Part shown: positions 1 through 9,481 of the stretch, in pieces
How positions within the stretch are numbered: position 1 is the first letter of the stretch
Layout: every line of letters begins with the position of its first letter
NCBI GenBank assembly: GCA_017457305.1
Contig: JAFTHP010000044.1
Coordinates: 53,700-117,699 of the forward strand
Source of the DNA: Clostridia bacterium
GTDB lineage: Bacteria; Bacillota; Clostridia; Christensenellales; CAG-314
DNA length: 64,000 nucleotides
Direction of reading: 5' to 3'
Translations under genes and position numbers: made by a program
The notes under the pieces: generated by a model
Told to the model about the DNA's origin: nothing
The model's input: the letters and a program-made list of their open reading frames with translations, nothing else
Databases searched by the model: none

Positions 1-318
1 CACGTGACCGTGGGTAGCAAACAGCTTGCGACCATTTAATGGCAATATGTTGTTTTGAACAAAAGTGAAGTTGCTTATCATTTGATCAACAACGCTATCG
101 CAGTTGCCGGTGATTGCCACAATTTTATGTGCGTATGGAGCCAAAATTTCCGCCACACGTGTTGGGGCGTAATCTCTTGGCAATGGGTTGCGTGGTCCGT
201 GGTTGTACAAATCTCCAAGAATAACCAACATATCCGCACTGCTTTGATTGTAGGCCTCCACCACTTTTTGTGCCCAGTATGCCGAGCCGTGAATATCTGT
301 AACAATAAAGTATTTCAT
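1..318 (-). CDS. Metallophosphoesterase, YfcE-like phosphodiesterase (N-terminal part; gene runs off the left edge)
   Basis: Not in the ORF track because it is open at the window edge. The reverse complement from ATG 318-316 reads MKYFIVTDIHGS..LVILGDLYNHGPRNPLPRDYAP..AITGNCDS..FATHGHV. These are the DxHG/GDxxNHG/GNCD/GH metallophosphatase motifs in YfcE order. Confidence 0.8.
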   Translation of the reverse strand, partial: MKYFIVTDIHGSAYWAQKVVEAYNQSSADMLVILGDLYNHGPRNPLPRDYAPTRVAEILAPYAHKIVAITGNCDSVVDQMISNFTFVQNNILPLNGRKLFATHGHV

Positions 319-345
319 ATCAAGTTACCACCTGCAATACTGCAA

Positions 346-1215
346 TTATTCTTCCTCCCCGTCTGCCGCTTCGTCATCTACTTCAACGGGAGCGTTTGTC
401 AATATTGGCTTGATACCCAGTTGTTCAATGGTGTATTCGTGAAGTTCAGCAACATCCTCGCTGTTGACTGTGCGAACAACCACCAACTGACGAAGAAGGT
501 CAACGCTTTGAACAGTTCCTCTGCCGTTAGGTGTGTCAATGTCCTTGCCAACCTTTGGCATAAACTTGAGTGTTTCGGCGTAGTACTCGTCCTCAAACTT
601 CAAACAGCACATAAGTCTACCGCAAAGTCCACTAATTTTTGTGGGGTTAAGGGACAAACCTTGGTTTTTTGCCATCTTGATGGATACACGTGCAAACTCG
701 TTCATATAAGCATTGCAACAGCACACTCTGCCACAAGGGCCAAGTCCGCCCTTCATCTTGCACTCGTCACGGATACCAATTTGGCGCAACTCAATGCGCA
801 TACGAAAAGCTCCTGCCATATCCTTGACAAGCTCTCTAAAGTCCACACGGTTGTCCGAAGTAAAGTAGAACAGCGCCTTTGATCCATCAAAAGCCAGTTC
901 GGCATCCACAACCTTCATATCCAAATTGTACTTGTTGGCAAGCTCTTGCGCTTCACGGATGAAACGTGGGCGCTTTTCCAAATTGGAAAGGTGTTGTTGA
1001 ACGTCCTTGTCGGTAGCTTTGCGAACAACCTTTTTCAATTCGCCGCTGATTTGACTATCATCAATTTCGGTGTTGGCAATTTCCACCACACCGTACTCCA
1101 AACCGCGAGCAGTTTCAACAATTACACCATCACCAACGGCAAGTTGCAATTTCTTTGGGGAAAAGTAGTACACTTTGCCCAAATCCTTGAATTTTACTCC
1201 TACTATTGTCGACAT
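346..1215 (-). CDS. ricT: PSP1-domain protein RicT/YaaT
   Basis: 289 aa with Cys clusters GPCGRVCCCNAYM and GLCGRLMCCLKFE typical of the PSP1 C-terminal domain. It lies directly downstream of holB, as in B. subtilis tmk-holB-yaaT. Confidence 0.85.
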   Translation of the reverse strand: MSTIVGVKFKDLGKVYYFSPKKLQLAVGDGVIVETARGLEYGVVEIANTEIDDSQISGELKKVVRKATDKDVQQHLSNLEKRPRFIREAQELANKYNLDMKVVDAELAFDGSKALFYFTSDNRVDFRELVKDMAGAFRMRIELRQIGIRDECKMKGGLGPCGRVCCCNAYMNEFARVSIKMAKNQGLSLNPTKISGLCGRLMCCLKFEDEYYAETLKFMPKVGKDIDTPNGRGTVQSVDLLRQLVVVRTVNSEDVAELHEYTIEQLGIKPILTNAPVEVDDEAADGEEE

Positions 1216-2195
1216 CTAAATCGTACCTCCAAAATACCGCTTAGCAGTTTGTCCACAACCACAGTAAGATTGCTACCCTTATCAAGCGCCATCTTGGCGG
1301 AATTGATGGTTTCAATGCAAACTTCTGCTGCTTGTAATGTGTAGTTTTGGCAAACTTTGTCAATAGTACCTTGTAAAGCGGTAAGTGTAACCAGCTGTGG
1401 AGCTAGTCTGTACAAGATACTTTCACGCAATAGGCATTGCAAAAATCCCAAGCAATACCCAATGTTATCCTTGTTGGCAACCATTTGAGAAGCGTATCTC
1501 AACGATTGCTTTGTAGAAAGCATATTTTCTGCAATGTCAATTGCAATGTCAAAGCAGGAAAAAGCCAAATTGTTTGTAACAAGACTTTCCCCCATGGTAA
1601 CGCTACCGTTACTCATCACAGCCGCCATTTGACTTGAACGCTGTGTAAAGCCCTTGCCACACAAATATTGTACCACTTGTTGGGTGGTCACTCTGCTTTG
1701 TTTTAGCACTTGACAACGGCTACGAACTGTGGGCAACAAACCTTCTAGGTCGGTTACGCCAATGTACAAGTAAACGCCTTTAACTGGCTCTTCGATAGTT
1801 TTAAGCAGTCTATTTTGCCACAATTCGCCATTGAGCATGCTGTTGGATGCATCAATGGTAACAACACGGGCAATACTGCTAGAGTCCACCGGGCGCTTGT
1901 AAATTTCCGATATTACAACGCTTGTGTCGCTGTGGTCATCGGCACTGCAAGTGATGCGGTTTTTTACCTTATCTTGTGGGATAGAGATAACGTCTTGGTG
2001 CACACCTTGCCTAATCTTGTTGCAAATGTCGCAACCGTCTACTGTGTGATTGTGGCACATAGTAACCATTGCGCACTCATTGAGCAACTTGGACAGGCTG
2101 TGTTTTTCGGCAACAACAATGTATGCGTGAGAGGCTGTGCCCTCCGCAAATGCCTTTGCCAAATATCCACCAATGTTGTTATCCAAATATGCCAT
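1203..2195 (-). CDS. holB: DNA polymerase III delta-prime subunit
   Basis: 330 aa between tmk and ricT, overlapping both neighbours (TAATG junction with tmk). No intact P-loop, as expected for delta-prime. The call rests mainly on synteny and size. Confidence 0.7.
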   Translation of the reverse strand: MAYLDNNIGGYLAKAFAEGTASHAYIVVAEKHSLSKLLNECAMVTMCHNHTVDGCDICNKIRQGVHQDVISIPQDKVKNRITCSADDHSDTSVVISEIYKRPVDSSSIARVVTIDASNSMLNGELWQNRLLKTIEEPVKGVYLYIGVTDLEGLLPTVRSRCQVLKQSRVTTQQVVQYLCGKGFTQRSSQMAAVMSNGSVTMGESLVTNNLAFSCFDIAIDIAENMLSTKQSLRYASQMVANKDNIGYCLGFLQCLLRESILYRLAPQLVTLTALQGTIDKVCQNYTLQAAEVCIETINSAKMALDKGSNLTVVVDKLLSGILEVRFRCRQ

Positions 2196-2818
2196 TACAA
2201 AATTCCTCTGCGAATAAGTACTTCGCGCAATTTTTGTTGTGTTTCTTCTATTGTGCCAGATGCATCAATAACTTCAAATCTATCGGGATCTTGCTCAATT
2301 AGAAGCTTGTATCCGTCGTACACCTGTTGATGGAAGGAAAAGTCCACGTTTTCCAATCTGTCGGTCACGTCCGCACCGCCCTTGCGTTCAAAGGCCTTTT
2401 GTGGGGATAGATCCAAAAAGATGGTAAACTCTGGCATGTACTCGCCAACAGCAAGAGCATTTAGGTCAATGATTTTTTGCAAACCAAGATTTCTGCCTAG
2501 TCCTTGGTAAACGTAGCTGGAGTCCACAAATCTATCGCAAAAAACAACCTTGCCTTGAGCTAGGGCTGGCTTTACAATGTCGTGAAGGTGTTGGATACGT
2601 GCCGATGCGTACAAAAATGCTTCGCACAAATCGTCCATTTCGCTATTGTTGGCGTCCAAAATGATGCCACGAATTTGTTCAGCAATGTTGCTACCGCCTG
2701 GTTCACGGGTAAAAACAATGTGGTCAATGCCATTTTGTTGACAGTATTCCTTGAACAATCTTGTTTGGAAGGTCTTTCCTACGCCATCGCAGCCTTCAAT
2801 TGTGATAAAGTTTTTCAT
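2195..2818 (-). CDS. tmk: Thymidylate kinase
   Basis: P-loop ITIEGCDGVGKTF. Start moved from ORF-track 2866 to ATG 2818, which has a GGAGAG Shine-Dalgarno just upstream. Confidence 0.9.
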   Translation of the reverse strand: MKNFITIEGCDGVGKTFQTRLFKEYCQQNGIDHIVFTREPGGSNIAEQIRGIILDANNSEMDDLCEAFLYASARIQHLHDIVKPALAQGKVVFCDRFVDSSYVYQGLGRNLGLQKIIDLNALAVGEYMPEFTIFLDLSPQKAFERKGGADVTDRLENVDFSFHQQVYDGYKLLIEQDPDRFEVIDASGTIEETQQKLREVLIRRGIL

Positions 2819-3121
2819 ACGCTCTCCTTCGTGCAAAATTCCACGAATTAATTGTACCACAAACAAAGTGTTTTTTCAAGTATTAAATATAAATAACATA
2901 CAAGGGTTTTGTGAGAGTTGTTTTATTCCACCATTATTGCCAAATTCCGTCAAAAATTATCCCTTGATAGCGGTAACGATACTGTATATTTGGATATATT
3001 TGGTGCAAAAAGCAGTTACCGACACCGCACTACCACACAGCAAATTACAAGCATATTGACAAAAGGCCCATTTACTGGTAAAATATTGTTACAAAACCAT
3101 CAAATAAGGAGGCAAACCATC

Positions 3122-3490
3122 ATGCTGGACAAGAAAATGGAAGCCGTGCTACAAGCATTGCTCAATTTGGCTGGAAACAGCTACAAGGTACTAAACAAGC
3201 AGGGCATCTTGCAAAGCCTACCACGAAAACTCAACATTGACAGCAACACTTTGGGCGCAATATTCTCCTTTTTGTCAGAAAACGACTTTATTGACGTCAA
3301 GTATCAAGATAAGGACGAAATTTGCCTGTGCACCACCATCAAGGCGGAAAGCTACGTAACTGGCGACAAAATGCAACAACGCGCATCCCTATCCACCAAG
3401 CAAAACGTGTGGCTAACTGCAGGGATGTTCATCAGCTCATTTTTGGGTGCATTTGTGGCCATACTAATTGCCAAACTACTAGGTTTGTAA
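3122..3490 (+). CDS. Hypothetical protein: winged-helix-like N-terminus plus C-terminal TM helix
   Basis: ATG 3122 is preceded by AAGGAGG (3107-3113). The C-terminus WLTAGMFISSFLGAFVAILIAKLLGL is hydrophobic. Same architecture as the next gene. Confidence 0.55.
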   Translation: MLDKKMEAVLQALLNLAGNSYKVLNKQGILQSLPRKLNIDSNTLGAIFSFLSENDFIDVKYQDKDEICLCTTIKAESYVTGDKMQQRASLSTKQNVWLTAGMFISSFLGAFVAILIAKLLGL

Positions 3491-3502
3491 CGGAGAAACA
3501 CC

Positions 3503-3865
3503 ATGCTTAACAAAAAAGAAGTTGCCGTGATGAGTGCCATCTACGGCGTATGCAGCAAAAACAACGATTGTGGAATTATCACCGACGATTTCATCATCCA
3601 AAGCAGTCCAGAAAAATTCCGTTTTACCCACGCCGACGTGGACGTTATACTAAAGCAGTTGGAGTACGACGGATACTTTGAATGCACCAAATCGGACCGC
3701 AAAGGACAAACGGTCAACGTTATCACCCTAAAGCAAAAGGGCAAGGCATTTCAGCGTGAAATGATACAGCGCAGAAGGGAACTAATAAGTACCTTTACTT
3801 GGCGCATTGTGTATGCCGCACTAGGCGCAGGTGTTGCGCTAATTGTCAACTCCATTTTCGGCTAA
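3503..3865 (+). CDS. Hypothetical protein: winged-helix-like N-terminus plus C-terminal TM helix
   Basis: 120 aa with C-terminal TM WRIVYAALGAGVALIVNSIFG. Starts 13 nt after the previous stop. Confidence 0.55.
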   Translation: MLNKKEVAVMSAIYGVCSKNNDCGIITDDFIIQSSPEKFRFTHADVDVILKQLEYDGYFECTKSDRKGQTVNVITLKQKGKAFQREMIQRRRELISTFTWRIVYAALGAGVALIVNSIFG

Positions 3866-3885
3866 GTCACTAAAAAACAAAACAA

Positions 3886-3935
3886 GAGCTTTGCTACTAT
3901 CCCAAAGGGAAAAAGCAAAGCTCCATTATTTTACG
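3886..3935 (+). terminator. Rho-independent terminator candidate
   Basis: 10-bp stem GAGCTTTGCT (3886-3895) / AGCAAAGCTC (3914-3923) followed by a T-rich tail. Confidence 0.5.
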
Positions 3936-4071
3936 CCACCACCACACAAAGTTTGGATATTGATTGCAAAACCTACGTTTTACGTCAAGCCAATTGTTTA
4001 GTCGCCACCGCCTCTCTGTAAAAAACGTCAAAACAACACAAAAAGCCACACGCCACAACACAATCAATTGA

Positions 4072-4100
4072 TTGACAAACCCACACAAAAGTTCTATACT
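4072..4100 (+). promoter_or_regulatory. Sigma-70-type promoter for tRNA-Gln
   Basis: TTGACA (4072-4077), 17-nt spacer, TATACT (4095-4100), about 18 nt upstream of the tRNA. Confidence 0.6.
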
Positions 4101-4117
4101 TTGATACAGTTAAATAT

Positions 4118-4192
4118 TGGGGTATCGCCAAGCGGTAAGGCAACGGATTCTGACTCCGTCACTCGCAGGTTCGAATCCTGCTACCCTAGCCA
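4118..4192 (+). tRNA. tRNA-Gln (anticodon CTG), CCA encoded
   Basis: TGGGGTATCGCCAAGCGGTAAGGCA... is near-identical in its 5' half to E. coli tRNA-Gln. The anticodon loop TTCTGAC gives CTG; the T-arm is GCAGGTTCGAATCCTGC; the acceptor pairs TGGGGTA/TACCCTA and is followed by G-CCA. Confidence 0.95.
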
Positions 4193-4198
4193 TAAAAA

Positions 4199-4225
4199 AT
4201 ACTGCACAATCGTGCGGTATTTTTT
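4199..4225 (+). terminator. Rho-independent terminator after tRNA-Gln
   Basis: ATACTGCAC / GTGCGGTAT stem with one G-U pair and a 4-nt loop, then TTTTT. Confidence 0.7.
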
Positions 4226-4434
4226 ATGGCAAATTCGCTAGAATTTGACTATAATTCGAGCGGTAGCGAGTTATCATGTTGCGAAAGTAACTAACAACTC
4301 ATCATCGCGAATTTGAATAATAATTCGTTGCACTCACATTATAACTCACTTCGTTCGCATTATAGTTCGCATCGCTCACATTATACTAATAAAATACATT
4401 TGATTATTTGTCATATTTATGGTACAATTTCAGC

Positions 4435-4788
4435 ATGAAGCGAAATTTACTACTAGAACTATCACAAGAATTTGCAGTCAGCATAATTAACTTATCCAAT
4501 AGTCTTCGTAACAAAAAAGAATCATCCCTTGCGGACCAGATTAAACGAAGCGGAACGAGTATTTCCGCAAATATATCCGAAGGCAATCATCCACAAAGTA
4601 GAGCGGATATGATTTCGAAATTTGAAATCGCACTAAAAGAAGCCAACGAAACAGAAAACTGGTTAATTGTTTTGCATAAATCAAATCTAATTACTTGCGA
4701 CGAATTCGCTCCACTTCACAAAAAGGTTGTTAAAATCAAAATTCTTCTTATAGCATCTATTAAAACCCTCAAACAGCAAGTCAAATAG
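4435..4788 (+). CDS. Four-helix-bundle protein (23S rRNA intervening-sequence protein family)
   Basis: MKRNLLLELSQEFAVSIINLSNSL...QIKRSGTSISANISEG...EANETENWL matches the family pattern. Start taken at internal ATG 4435. Confidence 0.75.
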   Translation: MKRNLLLELSQEFAVSIINLSNSLRNKKESSLADQIKRSGTSISANISEGNHPQSRADMISKFEIALKEANETENWLIVLHKSNLITCDEFAPLHKKVVKIKILLIASIKTLKQQVK

Positions 4789-4811
4789 ACCTGCTGTTTT
4801 TTTAATGCCTT

Positions 4812-6101
4812 TTATCCGCCGAAGGTTGCAACAATGTTGTCCATTGCGGGCTCTATATCTTCCCCTTCCACGTAGGCACGGATGGCATTTTCCGTGCCAC
4901 TTTTTCGCAGTACCACCCTGCAATTGTACAGGCTGTTTATGCGGGAAGTGGTTGCCGTAAGGGCGATATCTGTAGCCAAACTTTGATTAACCTGCGTTAT
5001 AGGTATTGTGCGCATAATACAGGGAATTTCCCTAAGCTCCTTGGTGTAGGCAAACAAACTGCCCATTTGTTGACGAATTTTACACAAAACAAGGGCATTT
5101 ATGATAGCATCACTACTGGTTGCATACTCCCCTAACAGATAGTGACCACTTTCTTCCCCGCCAAATGCGATGGCGTTTTGCACCATTTTGGCAAAGACGT
5201 TTGTGTCGCCAACGTCACTTCTGGCAAGCGTTATTCCAAGCTTATTTAAACAACTTTCCACACCGCCGTTTGTCAGCGTTGTGCCACACACTGTGTGATT
5301 GTGAAGCTTTGACGTCTGCTCAAAATACTTTGCAAAGGCGTAGAAAACTGCGTTGTTTGGTAGCAATTTGCCCCTTTCAAAAACGGTTAGTCTATCGGCA
5401 TCTCCGTCAAAAGCAAAGGCAAGGTCGGCAGGATCTTCCACCAGCTTGTTTGCCAAAAACTGCGGATTGTTTGCACCGCACCCTTGGTTAATTTCCTTTC
5501 CGTTTGCGCTGTTGTTGTAGGCAGCAACAGTTGCGCCAGCCCTTTCAAAAATCATCGGTGCAACCTTGTAGGAAGCGCCAAAACAACAATCAAGCGCCAC
5601 CGAAACTTTGTCCAAGTGGACGTCCACAAGGCGCAAGATGTCCTCTGCATATATGTTGTCAATATCATAAAAAACTGGCTCAAAAAGTCTGTTGCTTTGG
5701 ATGTTATCCACCCTTAGCGAATTCATCACACGGCTTACCGCCTTTTGTTTGGACGTGCATAATTTTACACCATATTTGTCAAACACCTTTAGGCCGTTAT
5801 CCTGTGGCGGATTGTGACTGGCAGTTATCATCACGCCAAAATCTCCACCCAGTTTTCGCACAAAGTGACCAACGGCATTGGTTGGCATAACCCCAAGGTT
5901 GATAACGTTACCACCGCCATCGTACACCCCTTGCGAAAGCGCCCTAAACAGCCTTTCTCCCGACAGGCGAGTATCCCTTGCCACAACAACTATACAGCAG
6001 TCGGATAGCAAAGCGAGGCTTTTGCCCAGCAAAAAGGCAGTTCTTTCGGTAAGAGAACTGCCAAATGTGCCACGTATTCCATCAGTACCAAAAAAGTTCA
6101 T
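4812..6101 (-). CDS. glmM: Phosphoglucosamine mutase (alpha-D-phosphohexomutase family)
   Basis: FGTDGIRG, phosphoserine loop TASHNPPQDNGLK, Mg site FDGDADR, GEESGH. Start moved to ATG 6101 (GGAGGA SD) instead of 6230. Confidence 0.85.
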   Translation of the reverse strand: MNFFGTDGIRGTFGSSLTERTAFLLGKSLALLSDCCIVVVARDTRLSGERLFRALSQGVYDGGGNVINLGVMPTNAVGHFVRKLGGDFGVMITASHNPPQDNGLKVFDKYGVKLCTSKQKAVSRVMNSLRVDNIQSNRLFEPVFYDIDNIYAEDILRLVDVHLDKVSVALDCCFGASYKVAPMIFERAGATVAAYNNSANGKEINQGCGANNPQFLANKLVEDPADLAFAFDGDADRLTVFERGKLLPNNAVFYAFAKYFEQTSKLHNHTVCGTTLTNGGVESCLNKLGITLARSDVGDTNVFAKMVQNAIAFGGEESGHYLLGEYATSSDAIINALVLCKIRQQMGSLFAYTKELREIPCIMRTIPITQVNQSLATDIALTATTSRINSLYNCRVVLRKSGTENAIRAYVEGEDIEPAMDNIVATFGG

Positions 6102-6306
6102 AAATCCTCCACATAGTAATAAAAAATGTTCTCTTTGGTACGATATATTGTATTTTGAGTTGCACAAAAGAATACTTTTGCACGCCCCTATTATCCAAGA
6201 CAAATTGAGCAAAGAGGATGTTTTGTCCAATTACAAAGCAACGCAACCAATTGATACAGTTACCCCATCACTTTACACAAAAATCTCAAAACTAAGCTGT
6301 ACACAA

Positions 6307-7206
6307 CTACTTTCTCGCTCCAGCATAGGCACAAGCAAATACTGCCGCCTTTGCTCCGTCACCGCAAGCTGTTACAATTTGCTTTAGCGGTCCGTTTGTG
6401 ACGTCCCCAGCAGCATACAAGCCTTGCACTGATGTTTGACATTTGTCGTCTACAACTAAATATCCTTTTTGCTTTTCCACCCCTTCAATGTTGATAAAGT
6501 CTGTAATTGGTTTTGCACCAATTGCCACAAATACGCCATTAACGTCAATTTGGGATAGAGAGTTATTTGCAAACACTTTTATTGCCGAAACGGTATCTGC
6601 ACACACAATTTCCGATACGGTTGCATTGTAAATTATTTGCACGTTTGTTTTTGCAAGCAAATCGTCTATTGCACGAGCTTCGGCATTAAGTTGGCTTTCT
6701 GGTACAATTAAATGTACCAAACTGCACAAATCTGCAAGATAGGTTGCTTCCCTAACAGCTTGCTTTCCGTTACCTACAACTGCCACAGGCATGTTGCGAT
6801 AGAAGTTGCCGTCACACGTTGCACAGTAGCTAACACCCTTGCCAACAAAGTCACTTTCTATACCCAACTTGTTGTGGGATGTGCCCGTTGCAACAATAAC
6901 TGCAGTAAACGTGTAACTATCCTTGTCGGTGGTAACAACAAAGTCATCTTGCTCCTTGGTTAAGGACAACACCTTGCGTCTTACAACTTTTAGTCCCAGT
7001 TGCTTTGCTTGCATAACCATGTTGTTTGCCAGTTCAAAGCCGTCAATGCTAGGGTAGGAAGGGTAGTTTTCTATCTTGTCGATGGTTGCAACCAAACCGC
7101 CAAGACCATATTGCTCAAACATTGTCACTTGAGCATTTGCACGCAAAGCGTATATTGCAGCAGAAAGCCCTGCCACGCCGCCACCAATAATTGCAATATT
7201 TTTCAT
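6307..7206 (-). CDS. trxB: Thioredoxin-disulfide reductase
   Basis: FAD motif IIGGGVAGLSAA, redox-active CATCDG, and a second dinucleotide fold VVGNGKQA. Confidence 0.9.
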   Translation of the reverse strand: MKNIAIIGGGVAGLSAAIYALRANAQVTMFEQYGLGGLVATIDKIENYPSYPSIDGFELANNMVMQAKQLGLKVVRRKVLSLTKEQDDFVVTTDKDSYTFTAVIVATGTSHNKLGIESDFVGKGVSYCATCDGNFYRNMPVAVVGNGKQAVREATYLADLCSLVHLIVPESQLNAEARAIDDLLAKTNVQIIYNATVSEIVCADTVSAIKVFANNSLSQIDVNGVFVAIGAKPITDFINIEGVEKQKGYLVVDDKCQTSVQGLYAAGDVTNGPLKQIVTACGDGAKAAVFACAYAGARK

Positions 7207-7369
7207 ACAAATCTCCTTGCGTTAATACAGTGTACACCACGTTGCCTGTAGCAATATGGCGCAATTTGCCTAATTGTGATTATTGTTGCTGTAATTATAC
7301 CACACTTTTTTATGATATATCAACAGGTTGATTAATCTTTTTATTTTTTCTAACATTAAGCAAAAAGCA

Positions 7370-7397
7370 TTGACACCCCCCCCCATTTTGATATACT
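7370..7397 (+). promoter_or_regulatory. Sigma-70-type promoter with a C9 homopolymer in the spacer
   Basis: TTGACA (7370-7375), 16-nt spacer beginning with CCCCCCCCC (7376-7384), TATACT (7392-7397). Lies about 100 nt upstream of the 7496 gene. Confidence 0.55.
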
Positions 7398-7495
7398 ATA
7401 TTTGTTACACTGTAAAAATGTTATAAAGAAAAGATAATACAACTTACGTTACACTTTTTACAAAACATTTTTACTACTTATTTGGAGGTAATTTT

Positions 7496-8947
7496 ATGAC
7501 AAAAACAATAGCACTGATTCTTGCTGCTGTACTACTTGTTGGCGGCGGTGTTACAGTTGGTGTGGTTATCAATAATAACAATAACCTACCACAAAACGTT
7601 GCTAAAGATGCAATTTTGAGTCTTGCCGACGTGGTTAAAAGAACGGAAATTGCTCCCCTATACAAAACGATAACAGGCGGATCCATCCAAATGTCACAAA
7701 CGTTTATAACGGAAGACGGCATTACCAGTTCAGTAAACAATAGCGCCAAAATTTACTTTGCCAAGGATAAATTTGTAGCACAAAACGTAAGCTTATCCGA
7801 AATGCTTCCCATCCAAGGAGATTTGTGGATAGAAGATGACTTTATTTACGTAAAAGAACAAAACTTTTTGGGTGGTGCTTACGCCTTGGAAAAGGGAAAA
7901 CTAGCTGATCAATTTGAAAAATCTATTTTTGCATACGGTTCACAATCCAAATACGCACTGGATAACGAAGACAAACACGATGACATTGTAAAACTCCTTT
8001 CCTACGTTGACAGCCTTAGCACCAGCACTATGGAAAAAGATATGCAAAAGATTAGTTACAGCTACCTAAAGGAATTGTGGAATATCTTTTGCGAAGAAGT
8101 TTCATTTGAATCCCAAACGAAAATGGTAAAAATTGACAGCAATGACGTCAAAGCACGTAGCATAAAAATTACAATCAATGCCAACGATATTTGCGACATT
8201 TGGGAAAGGATACTTCAATTCTTACGCGAAGATGAACAAGTTGTAAACTTCCTAGAGAAACACGAGGACCTAATCGATATCGCCAACAATCCAATTTTCG
8301 GTTCGACCATAACGGTTGATAGAGACATTGCTAGCAAGTACATCCAACTGCTAGATCAACTGAACGAAAATATGGACGATACCTGCCAAGAAATACTAGA
8401 ACAATGGGAAAACAACAATCTTATCATTGATATTACCACCCCAACACACAGTTCAAAAATGCTAAAACTACGCGTATCTTACGGCTACGAAGACAAATTC
8501 ATTTTGGACTTTGGCAATAAAACCATTGAAAATGCGAACAAAATCACACTAAAAGATGGCGCCGGAAACGAATATGTTTACCAAGTTGTCAACGGTGACC
8601 AAACACTACTACTAACCTACTCAGAAAACGGCGAAAGACTATTCTCCTTCAACTACGACAGAGAAAGCACCCAATATACACTAACAACTGTAGACCAATC
8701 CAAATTTACAACCACAAGTAAAGGCACAATTGTACAGGGCAAAGACATCACAATGACAGTCAACGAAGTAATCCACGACTCAGCAATTTACGATAGCGAT
8801 GACTGCAGCTACACAATGGACTTGACCTTTATCCTAAAGACAAATGACAAACTCCCACAAAAGCCCAACGATTACAAGACACTTGCTACCATCACCGAAG
8901 AAGATATAGACAACCTTTTGGGTGGCACGTCACAAATGCCAGAGTAA
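7496..8947 (+). CDS. Hypothetical membrane-anchored extracytoplasmic protein
   Basis: 483 aa. N-terminal TM IALILAAVLLVGGGVTVGVVI; GGAGG SD upstream. I recognise no family. Confidence 0.6.
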   Translation: MTKTIALILAAVLLVGGGVTVGVVINNNNNLPQNVAKDAILSLADVVKRTEIAPLYKTITGGSIQMSQTFITEDGITSSVNNSAKIYFAKDKFVAQNVSLSEMLPIQGDLWIEDDFIYVKEQNFLGGAYALEKGKLADQFEKSIFAYGSQSKYALDNEDKHDDIVKLLSYVDSLSTSTMEKDMQKISYSYLKELWNIFCEEVSFESQTKMVKIDSNDVKARSIKITINANDICDIWERILQFLREDEQVVNFLEKHEDLIDIANNPIFGSTITVDRDIASKYIQLLDQLNENMDDTCQEILEQWENNNLIIDITTPTHSSKMLKLRVSYGYEDKFILDFGNKTIENANKITLKDGAGNEYVYQVVNGDQTLLLTYSENGERLFSFNYDRESTQYTLTTVDQSKFTTTSKGTIVQGKDITMTVNEVIHDSAIYDSDDCSYTMDLTFILKTNDKLPQKPNDYKTLATITEEDIDNLLGGTSQMPE

Positions 8948-8972
8948 ACTATCACAACCTTAACATCAAAGC

Positions 8973-9003
8973 AAAAAACCTTGGAACAAATTCCAAGGTT
9001 TTT
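8973..9003. terminator. Bidirectional terminator hairpin, copy 1 of a 3-copy identical hairpin
   Basis: AAAAACCTTGGAACAAATTCCAAGGTTTTT. The same sequence recurs at about 10745 and 10951. Confidence 0.75.
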
Positions 9004-9045
9004 ATTTTTCACACTAATATTGCTTAACAGTACAATATTGACCAC

Positions 9046-9450
9046 TTAAAACTCGTATCTTGTTCCGTTGGCAAAAAGCACGCCATCCGTTAGCTTTATC
9101 TGCAAGATGATGGTGTTTGGATCATCTTCATTGGTGTGACCATTATCGTACCAGGCAGCAAAGGCTTGACGCAACATATCCGCAATTTGCTTGTTTTGTG
9201 GCAATTTTATGTGCCCAAGACTTTGACAAATGGCATGCCCCGAAAACCACTCGCCGCTTATTGCCGCAACAGGATTTTGTTGCAAATGTTGCATCTTGTT
9301 GGACAATGCGTGCGTGATAGTAAAAAAGCTATCTTGCCAAAACACTGCATCAATCGTCCTAACCCAAGGAGTACCACTTGAGTCCACAGTTGCAAGTGCC
9401 ATCAACGAGTCTTTGCCAAATCTTTCTTTCAAAATTTCAATATGTTTCAT
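9046..9450 (-). CDS. Pyridoxamine 5'-phosphate oxidase-like (FMN-binding split-barrel) family protein
   Basis: 134 aa. The pattern LMALATVDSSGTPWVRTIDAV...FFTITHALSNKMQHLQQNPVAAI is typical of the general-stress-26/PNPOx-like family. Confidence 0.65.
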   Translation of the reverse strand: MKHIEILKERFGKDSLMALATVDSSGTPWVRTIDAVFWQDSFFTITHALSNKMQHLQQNPVAAISGEWFSGHAICQSLGHIKLPQNKQIADMLRQAFAAWYDNGHTNEDDPNTIILQIKLTDGVLFANGTRYEF

Positions 9451-9481
9451 AAGTTTACTCCATTGTTAGCAAGCAATCGCC

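Noticed and set aside
55-882. 275-aa ORF on the plus strand
   Set aside because: It is entirely antisense to the well-supported ricT gene and the YfcE-like gene. The sequence is Cys/His/Val-rich low-complexity typical of shadow ORFs, and there is no SD.
4435-4788. Four-helix-bundle protein as the Avd component of a diversity-generating retroelement
   Set aside because: There is no reverse transcriptase gene and no template/variable repeat pair anywhere nearby. It is an isolated family member.
5120-6387. Several 64-169-aa plus-strand ORFs
   Set aside because: They are antisense to glmM and are Arg/Cys/Pro-rich shadow ORFs.
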